In this document: one piece after another, positions 57,427 to 64,000 of the stretch
How positions within the stretch are numbered: position 1 is the stretch's first letter
How the letters are laid out: each line of letters opens with the position of its first letter
Position numbers and translations under genes: made by a program
Assembly: GCA_900547745.1 (NCBI GenBank)
Contig: URHT01000005.1
Location: 18,838 to 82,837, forward strand
Length of the DNA: 64,000 nucleotides
Reading direction: 5' to 3'
Source of the DNA: an uncultured Eubacteriales bacterium
Lineage (GTDB): Bacteria; Bacillota; Clostridia; Oscillospirales; Oscillospiraceae
The notes under the pieces: model-generated
Told to the model about the DNA's origin: nothing
The model's database searches: none
Seen by the model: only the letters and a program-made list of their open reading frames with translations

Positions 57427-57526
57427 CGGCTCTCCTCCTTGCTTCTCTCCGTGCCGCACAGTATCTCCGGCAGCGGCGTTCTCCTGAAAAAAGGCGGCCG
57501 CAGGCCGCCTTTTTCGTTGTCCGTTG

Positions 57527-58240
57527 TTATTCCTTACCCTTGTAGTTCCGGCCGAACTTCAAATCGCCCAGATCGAAGGAAAATCCGCTGCCGGGCGCGG
57601 CGCTGCCGTTCACCGGCGGGAACTGTACGGTGGGCTCGTCGTCGATGGCCGGCGTCCCCGGCTTCGGCTCCTCCGTCACCGCCGCATCGAACTGGGTCAG
57701 GATGTCCTGCTCGATGTCCTCCACGGCCTTGTCGGGCTGGGGAGCGGGCTCCGCCGCCGGTTCTGCCGGCGCAGCCGGTACCAGCTCCAGCTCCGGCAGC
57801 GTCTGCAGAAACGCGGACTGCGCCTGACACAGCTCGTCGGAGCGGCGGATAAAGTCCGCCAGCTTCTCCTGTGCCATCACCAGCTTCTGCTGGGCGGCCT
57901 TCTTCTCGTCGTCCAGACGCCGTACCTCGGCCTCGGCCTCGGCTCTGGCCCCGGCCAGCAGCTGCTCCTTCTCGGTCTGCGCCTCCTGCACCAGCTTGGC
58001 GGCCATCTTCTGGGCCGTCAGCAGTGTCTGCCGCATGGCGTCCTCGGTGGAGCGGTACTCCTCCACCTTCTCCGCCAGCACCTTCAGCTTGGTCTTCAGC
58101 GTCACATTCTCCTTGAACAGCGCGGTGTAGTCCTCGGTCAGCGCATCCAGAAACTCGTCAACGGCGCCCATGCTGTAACCGCCGCCGCCGAACGATGCCT
58201 TGGGGAATACCTTTTCAGAAACTTCCTGTGGTGTAAACAT
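57527..58240 (-). CDS. divIVA: DivIVA domain protein
   Basis: FTPQEV..F...GY...VDEFLD plus coiled coil; downstream of sepF. Confidence 0.88.
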   Translation of the reverse strand: MFTPQEVSEKVFPKASFGGGGYSMGAVDEFLDALTEDYTALFKENVTLKTKLKVLAEKVEEYRSTEDAMRQTLLTAQKMAAKLVQEAQTEKEQLLAGARAEAEAEVRRLDDEKKAAQQKLVMAQEKLADFIRRSDELCQAQSAFLQTLPELELVPAAPAEPAAEPAPQPDKAVEDIEQDILTQFDAAVTEEPKPGTPAIDDEPTVQFPPVNGSAAPGSGFSFDLGDLKFGRNYKGKE

Positions 58241-58270
58241 GGATGATCCCTCCGATCCCTTTCTCTTGTC

Positions 58271-58735
58271 TTACAGGTACAGGCCGTTGTTCTCCAGCTC
58301 ATCAATGAGGTCGCCCATGATATCCACGGAGTACGGCGTGATGATATAGGTGTTGGCCGCTACCTTCTTGATCTTGCCCTCACCGGCGTAGGCCACGCCG
58401 GACAGGAAGTCGATGAGCCGCCGGGCCACATCCTTGTTGGTGGATTCCAGATTCAGCACCACCGTCCGCTTCTCCTTCAGGTGGTCTGCGATCTCGGAGG
58501 CGTTCTCGAAGCGCTCGGGCTTCACCAGCACCACCTTCAGCTGGGTGGTGGCGTGGATGTTCACCACCTTGTTGTGGCGATCCTCGCTGCGCCGCTCCTC
58601 GCTGCGGCGATCCTCCCGGCGCTCCTCGAAGGGGGAGCGGGACTCCTTCACCGGCTCCTCGAAGTCCTCCTCGTAATCGTAATCCTCATCGTCATAGGGA
58701 TGAATGATCTTTTTCAGCTCGTCCATGAAGCCCAT
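58271..58735 (-). CDS. sepF: cell division protein SepF
   Basis: VVLNLE, RRLIDFLSGVAYAGEG. Confidence 0.94.
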   Translation of the reverse strand: MGFMDELKKIIHPYDDEDYDYEEDFEEPVKESRSPFEERREDRRSEERRSEDRHNKVVNIHATTQLKVVLVKPERFENASEIADHLKEKRTVVLNLESTNKDVARRLIDFLSGVAYAGEGKIKKVAANTYIITPYSVDIMGDLIDELENNGLYL

Positions 58736-58753
58736 CGAAAAATACCTCCCGCG

Positions 58754-59449
58754 TTATTTTGTATAGTCTCTGGCGCCGAAAATGGCGGTGCCCACGCGGA
58801 CGATATTGCTGCCCGCACGGATGGCGTCGGCAAAATCGCCGCTCATGCCCATAGAAAGACAATCTAATTTATTATCGTACATTTTTTGATTTATGTCAAC
58901 ATACAGGGCGTGTACTTTTTGCAGATACGCCATATTTTCCTCCCGGGAGGCGTCCGCGGGCGGAATGGTCATCAGTCCCCGCAGCCGCACATGGCGCAAC
59001 TCTCCGGCCCGCGCGGCGGCATCGGCGATGGCCTCCGGTGCGAAGCCACTCTTGGCCTCCTCGCCGCCGATGTTCACCTCCAGCAGGATATCCTGCACGA
59101 TGTCCAGCTTCTCCGCCTGGCGCTGGATCTCCTCCAGCAGTTCCACGGAGCCCACGGAGTGGATCAGCGCCGCCTTGCCCACCACCTGCCTGACCTTGTT
59201 GCGCTGCAGATGGCCGATAAAGTGCAGCGGCGCGCCGTCGTAGGCATGCTCCGGCAGCTTGGCCGTCATCTCCTGCACCCGGTTCTCGCCCAGCGCGTCG
59301 ATACCGGCCCGGATGGCCTCCTGGCAGGCCGCCGCATCGTTCATCTTACTGGCGCCCACCAGCGTGATGTCCGCCCCGGTGCGCCCCGTCTCACGGGCTG
59401 CCTCGTCGATCTGGCGGCGGATGGCCGCAATGTTTTCCGCAATAGACAT
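58754..59449 (-). CDS. yggS: YggS/PLP homeostasis protein
   Basis: GENRVQE, HFIGHLQRNKV, LSMGMSGD, VRVGTAIFG. Confidence 0.95.
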   Translation of the reverse strand: MSIAENIAAIRRQIDEAARETGRTGADITLVGASKMNDAAACQEAIRAGIDALGENRVQEMTAKLPEHAYDGAPLHFIGHLQRNKVRQVVGKAALIHSVGSVELLEEIQRQAEKLDIVQDILLEVNIGGEEAKSGFAPEAIADAAARAGELRHVRLRGLMTIPPADASREENMAYLQKVHALYVDINQKMYDNKLDCLSMGMSGDFADAIRAGSNIVRVGTAIFGARDYTK

Positions 59450-59493
59450 GAGAAGCTCCTCCTCGCTTGTGTTTCTGCCCGGACGCCTGTCCG

Positions 59494-60705
59494 TTATTGA
59501 ATGACCTTTCCGTCGTGCAGCGCCCCGGCGGAGGCGATGACCTCGTCCCCGGCCCGCAGCGTTCGCGTATCGGCCGCGCCGTCGGCGGGCCGCACCAGCG
59601 CGTAGCCCTGGCCCTGATACAGTACCGTCACCGGCCGGAACGCGGCGGTGACGCCGTCCAGACAGTACACGCCGGTGACGCCCTCCTCACTGACCCGCAG
59701 GGCGTTGGACGGCACCCGCAGCCCCTCGTAGGTGCGCAGGATCACATCCGCCGCCTGATGCCGCAGCAGCGTGGTCTGGGCCAGATATTTCCGGCAGGAC
59801 AGCGTTACCGCCGCCTGCCCGTTCTCCGCGGCGGACACGTTCGCCACCTGCATCCGCAGGTTCTGGTCAAACCCCTTGGCGAACCGCAGCGTCACGGTGC
59901 CCAGCGCCTTCAGCTGGGCGGCCTGCTCCTCCGGCAGTGACACCACATAGTACCATGTGTCGCCGTAGATGAGCTTGCCCATGCTGCTCTCCGTCCCGGC
60001 GGGCTGGAGCCGCGCCAGCTTTCCCGGCGTCACGTCCTCCAGAAACGCGGTGGTCAGTACCGTCTCATACCCGTCACACACGGCGGAGTACGTCCCCGCC
60101 GCCTTGGCGGTGACGGTGGACGCCCCGGACAGAGAGGCCTTCAGGCTGCTGATCTGGCCCTCCACCGCCTTGATCTCCGTCTCGATCTCCTCCTGAGAGG
60201 TGTAGGGATGGTCGCGCTTGAGCACGGCGGCCTTCAGCTGGGCGATGTCGCTGTCCGCGGCGGTGTAGTCGCCGCCGGTCAGGGTCTGCCGCAGCGTCAG
60301 GATGTCGCCGGTGATGGACGTGTCCAGCTTCAGCGCCGCGTCCGGGTCGAGGTAGGAGGTCAGCGCGAACTGCAGCTGCTGCAGCTGCAGCTCCAGCGTC
60401 TCGATCTGGCTGACGGTCTGCAAGGCCCCGTCGTCGGCGTACACCGTGGCCAGTACCTGCCCCACGCCTACGCGGTCGCCCTCCTGCCGCTCCCGGCTGA
60501 GGGTGCCGCTCTGGGCGGGCAGCACCTCCTCGTCCCGCAGCAGCCAGCCGTTGAGGGCAATGGTGTCCTCCGCCTGCCCCTCCGTCACCAGCGTGGTGCT
60601 TACCGGGTCGGACAGATAGTTGTACAGCTGCACGGCGAAGTAGAACAGCACCGCCGCCAGCACGGCGATGGGCAGTATTTTCATAAGGGGCGATGTTTTT
60701 CTCAT
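59494..60705 (-). CDS. HlyD/membrane-fusion-protein-like adaptor domain protein
   Basis: N-terminal TM, lipoyl-like half motifs (EGDRVGVGQVLA; TAKAAGTYS), coiled coil, GLRVPSNAL. Confidence 0.72.
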   Translation of the reverse strand: MRKTSPLMKILPIAVLAAVLFYFAVQLYNYLSDPVSTTLVTEGQAEDTIALNGWLLRDEEVLPAQSGTLSRERQEGDRVGVGQVLATVYADDGALQTVSQIETLELQLQQLQFALTSYLDPDAALKLDTSITGDILTLRQTLTGGDYTAADSDIAQLKAAVLKRDHPYTSQEEIETEIKAVEGQISSLKASLSGASTVTAKAAGTYSAVCDGYETVLTTAFLEDVTPGKLARLQPAGTESSMGKLIYGDTWYYVVSLPEEQAAQLKALGTVTLRFAKGFDQNLRMQVANVSAAENGQAAVTLSCRKYLAQTTLLRHQAADVILRTYEGLRVPSNALRVSEEGVTGVYCLDGVTAAFRPVTVLYQGQGYALVRPADGAADTRTLRAGDEVIASAGALHDGKVIQ

Positions 60706-60744
60706 GGTGCTTTCCTTTTATCTCTGGTATGTGCCTGCCGGAGG

Positions 60745-60987
60745 TCAGACGGCGTCCTCCGTCCCGTCCTCCCGCAGCTCCACCGGCCGCAGCGGCGCGA
60801 TGGTGGAAATAGCGTGCTTGTAGATGACCTGCTGCCTGCCCTCGGAGTCCAGAATGACCACGAAGCAGTCAAAGCCGGTGATGGTGCCCCGCAGCTGGAA
60901 GCCGTTGACCAGAAACATGGTCACGGGAATGTTCTGCTTCCGTGCGCGGGTGAGAAAGATCTCCTGCAGGTTGTTTGTCTTTTGCAT
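60745..60987 (-). CDS. hfq: RNA chaperone Hfq
   Basis: [24 protein letters not shown]. Confidence 0.96.
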   Translation of the reverse strand: MQKTNNLQEIFLTRARKQNIPVTMFLVNGFQLRGTITGFDCFVVILDSEGRQQVIYKHAISTIAPLRPVELREDGTEDAV

Positions 60988-61044
60988 ATCGTCTGCTCCT
61001 TGATATCTTTGTGCGGACGATCGCCTGTCCTCCGTCCGCCGCTC

Positions 61045-61989
61045 TCAGCATACGCCGGCAGCAGTAAGGAATTCTGTCGCATTTTGGAGAGCCCACGGAA
61101 AATCAGGCTCTTTTTCCCACAGGATCCAGTGGATGCGGGGATTTCGCCGCAGCCATGTCAGCTGCCGCTTGGCGTACTGCCGCGACCGGAGCTTGACCTC
61201 CTCCACGGCCTCCGCCTCGGTGGCCGTCCCATCGGCCACCGCCAGAAACTGCTTGAAGCCGATGGCCTGCAGGGCCGTGGCGTCACGGGGCAGGCCGCCG
61301 GTCAGCAGCTGCCGCACCTCGTCCAGAAGGCCCTGTTCCACCATAATGTCCACTCGCCGGTCAATGCGGTCACGCAGCTCCTGCCGGTCCCGGAAGCTTA
61401 GTCCGATGTACAGGGCGTCGTAGCGGTCAGGCATCTCCCGGCTTTTCCGGTCATGCTCGCTGATAGTCTCACCCGTCTCCCGGTAGACCTCCAGCGCCCG
61501 GAGAATGCGCTTTTCGTCCCGCAGGTGCAGCCGTGCCGCCGTCTCCGGGTCGATCGCCGCCAGCTCCTCCAGCAGCGCCGCAGCGCCCTCCCGGGCCAGC
61601 CGCTGCTGCAATACCAGCCGTACCGCGCCGCCCTGCTGTCCGGCGGCAAACGTCTGGCCCCGCACCAGCGCGTCCAGATACAAGCCGGTGCCGCCCACCA
61701 GCACGGGCAGCTTCCCCCGGCGCAGGATGTCCTGTATACACCGGTCGGCCTCCTGCGTGAAGCGGGATACCGACCAGCTTTCCGCCGGGTCGGCCACGCC
61801 GATCATGTGGTGGGGCACCCCCGCCATCTCCTCCGGTGTGGGGGCGGCGGTGCCGATCTCCATGCCCCGGTAGATCTGCATGGAGTCCACGGACACCACC
61901 TCACCGTTGAAGCGCCTGGCCAGCGCCACGCCCATTTTTGTCTTGCCCGACGCGGTAGGGCCCACCACGCAGACCACCCGCTGTGCCAT
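61045..61989 (-). CDS. miaA: tRNA dimethylallyltransferase
   Basis: GPTASGKT, DSMQIYRGM, GGTGLY, YAKRQLTW; alternative GTG start at 61998. Confidence 0.96.
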   Translation of the reverse strand: MAQRVVCVVGPTASGKTKMGVALARRFNGEVVSVDSMQIYRGMEIGTAAPTPEEMAGVPHHMIGVADPAESWSVSRFTQEADRCIQDILRRGKLPVLVGGTGLYLDALVRGQTFAAGQQGGAVRLVLQQRLAREGAAALLEELAAIDPETAARLHLRDEKRILRALEVYRETGETISEHDRKSREMPDRYDALYIGLSFRDRQELRDRIDRRVDIMVEQGLLDEVRQLLTGGLPRDATALQAIGFKQFLAVADGTATEAEAVEEVKLRSRQYAKRQLTWLRRNPRIHWILWEKEPDFPWALQNATEFLTAAGVC

Positions 61990-62019
61990 TTGCTTCACCT
62001 CCGGCGGTTCAAGGGAGCG

Positions 62020-64000
62020 TCACGCCCGCTTGAACATCTTCTCCACTTCGTATTTCCGCAGCTTCACCGCCACCGGCCTGCCGTGGGGGCAGTACCGGAC
62101 AGCGCCGGACTGCACCTGCCGCACCAGCGCCGCCAGCTCGGCGTCGCCGGTGGTCATGCCCGCCTTGATGGCGGACTTGCAGGCCATGGTGTGCAGCAGC
62201 TCGTCCCGCGCACCGTCGGGGTCGGCCCGCTGCAAAAGCAGCTTCCGTGCCAGCTCCTCCAGCGTGGCGGCGGCATCCTCCGCCCGTATGTAGTCGGGGA
62301 TCTCCCGCACCAGCACGGCGCCGTCCCCGAAGTCCTCGCACAAAAAGCCGTAGCCGGCCAGCACGTCCAGCTGCTCCAGCACCGCGCCGTACTCCTCGGC
62401 GGTCAGCGTCACGGCGGCGGGGGTCAGCAGCTGCTGGGCCATGGGCGGCACGGGGTCAGCCTTCAGCGCGTCGAAGCGGATGCGCTCGTGGGCGGCGTGC
62501 TTGTCGATGAGCCACACATTCTGCTCCCCGTCCTCGCAGATGATGTAGGTTTTCAGCACCTCACCGGCGATGCGCCACGGCGTTTCGCCCAGCCCGGCCT
62601 CCTCCGGCATCTCCAGCGCCTGCTGGACATGTCCGGTGTCCTCCGGCGCGGCGCTTTCGCCGCCGCGCACGGTCTGCGCCGTATCCGCCGCGCTTTCTGT
62701 CACGGCGGCAGCGTCCTCCGCGCCGGTGGCCGTTTCAGCGGGAACGTCTGTCTCCGGCGGCGTGATGCGGTACACCACCCCCTCCCGTCCGCTGGGGACG
62801 GTGAAGGCCTTCCCGGTCTCCGGCGCGGCGTCCCGTACCTGCCATATCTCGCCCTGCGGCGCACCTCCGGCGGGCTGCGCCGTTTCGCGGGGCGGCTGTA
62901 CCGTCTGTCCGGCGGGAGCAAAACGGTTGGCGGTGGGATGGTCGGCTCCGGCGGAGCCGACGGGCCTGCCGCTGACAAAGGGCAGCTTCACGCCCTGCGG
63001 GGCGGGAGCCGTCTCCCGGAATTCCCGGGCCGACATGGTCTGGTAGAAGGGCTTTTTCTCCGCCGCGGCGGGCTGGCCCTCCCGATCCAGCGCGTCCTTC
63101 ACGGTGTAGTGTACCGCGTCGAACACGGTCTTATCGGACACAAATTTTACGATGGTTTTAGCGGGGTGCACGTTCACGTCCACCTCGTTGACCGGCAGCG
63201 TGATATGCAGGACGCAGCCGGGGAACTTGCCCTTCAGCAGCCGGTTGCGGTAGGCCTCCTCCACGGCGGCGGCCAGCAGCTGGCTCTTGACCAGCCGTCC
63301 GTTGACGAAGAACAGCTGGCGTCCCCGGGTGCCGTGTCCGGCCAGAGGCTTTGTGACGAAGCCCTCCACCCGCACCGCGCCGCCGCTGCCGCTGACGGGC
63401 ATCAGACCGGCGGCGAAGTCACGGCCCAGCGCGGCGTAAATGGCGGACAGCAGCTGTCCGTCGCCGGGGGTGTGGAGGATCTCCTGCCCGTCCCGCAGCA
63501 GCTTGAAGGATACGTCGGGATGGCTCAACGCCAGCTGTGTCACCACGCCGGACGCGGCGGCGCCCTCGGCGGAGTCCTTCTTCATGAACTTCATCCGGGC
63601 GGGGGTGTTGTAGAACAGGTCGCGGACGCATACGGTGGTGCCGTCGGGGCATCCGGCCTCGGTGACGGTTTCCGGTACGCCGCCCTCCAGATGGAGCATG
63701 GCGCCGCAGTCCGCGCCGGTCTGGCGGGAGAAGATGTCCACCCGCGACACGGCGGCGATGGCGGCCAGCGCCTCGCCCCGGAAGCCCAGCGTACCGATGG
63801 CGGCCAGATCCTCCGGGCGGCGCAGCTTGCTGGTGGCGTGGCGCAGGAAGGCGGTGGGCAGCTGCTCCGGCGCGATGCCGCAGCCGTTGTCCGTGATGCG
63901 GATATAGGTCAGGCCGCCCCGCTCCAGCTCCGCCGAGATGGCGGACGCGCCGGCGTCCAGCGCGTTTTCCAGAAGCTCCTTGCACACGGAGGCGGGACGC
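62020..64000 (-). CDS. mutL: DNA mismatch repair protein MutL (5' end outside window)
   Basis: KELLENALDAGA, HATSK, GFRGEAL, DVNVHPAK, DKHAAHER, CPHGRP. Confidence 0.97.
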   Translation of the reverse strand, partial: RPASVCKELLENALDAGASAISAELERGGLTYIRITDNGCGIAPEQLPTAFLRHATSKLRRPEDLAAIGTLGFRGEALAAIAAVSRVDIFSRQTGADCGAMLHLEGGVPETVTEAGCPDGTTVCVRDLFYNTPARMKFMKKDSAEGAAASGVVTQLALSHPDVSFKLLRDGQEILHTPGDGQLLSAIYAALGRDFAAGLMPVSGSGGAVRVEGFVTKPLAGHGTRGRQLFFVNGRLVKSQLLAAAVEEAYRNRLLKGKFPGCVLHITLPVNEVDVNVHPAKTIVKFVSDKTVFDAVHYTVKDALDREGQPAAAEKKPFYQTMSAREFRETAPAPQGVKLPFVSGRPVGSAGADHPTANRFAPAGQTVQPPRETAQPAGGAPQGEIWQVRDAAPETGKAFTVPSGREGVVYRITPPETDVPAETATGAEDAAAVTESAADTAQTVRGGESAAPEDTGHVQQALEMPEEAGLGETPWRIAGEVLKTYIICEDGEQNVWLIDKHAAHERIRFDALKADPVPPMAQQLLTPAAVTLTAEEYGAVLEQLDVLAGYGFLCEDFGDGAVLVREIPDYIRAEDAAATLEELARKLLLQRADPDGARDELLHTMACKSAIKAGMTTGDAELAALVRQVQSGAVRYCPHGRPVAVKLRKYEVEKMFKRA

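Noticed and set aside
58575..58630. 15-bp imperfect tandem repeat in sepF (EERRS/EDRRS)
   Set aside because: Falls in the variable disordered linker of SepF; ordinary low complexity.

Overview
A GC-rich, gene-dense chromosomal window from a spore-forming Clostridia-class firmicute; the gene repertoire suggests Oscillospiraceae (inference). It is almost all housekeeping: an Asp T-box-led hisS-aspS-alaX operon; minD/mgsA-like, rsmG, mscL, serS and parA-parB with three parS sites; GH13, pbp2-mreD-mreC-maf-dut, U32, zapA; dnaD-dnaC-noc-vanW-alr; prmA, degV, mnmE; rnfCDGEAB; atoE; recJ-rel-dtd-MBL-hemZ; yabM-mazG-hup-yabO-yabP-yabQ-divIC; hpf, Fe-ADH, LysR, HAD; divIVA-sepF-yggS-hlyD-hfq-miaA-mutL. 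I saw no mobile element, CRISPR array, tRNA or rRNA. The best novel candidate is an insulated two-gene operon at 50510-53072: a radical SAM enzyme with an RRE/PqqD-like N-terminus and a short SPASM/Twitch C-terminus, coupled to a single-pass membrane protein whose cytoplasmic tail is Gly-rich and then HCACASSCACACACACAGGGRAGC. It may be a RiPP-like modification system with a membrane-tethered substrate. Next to it is a candidate ~60-nt sRNA with its own promoter and strand-specific terminator. Other oddities are a parS embedded in a 38-bp terminator palindrome, a catalytically degenerate MgsA, a MinD without a membrane-targeting helix, a 7-bp duplication frameshifting an E2-like gene, and Rex-like operators at atoE. 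All family calls are by motif recognition, not database search.
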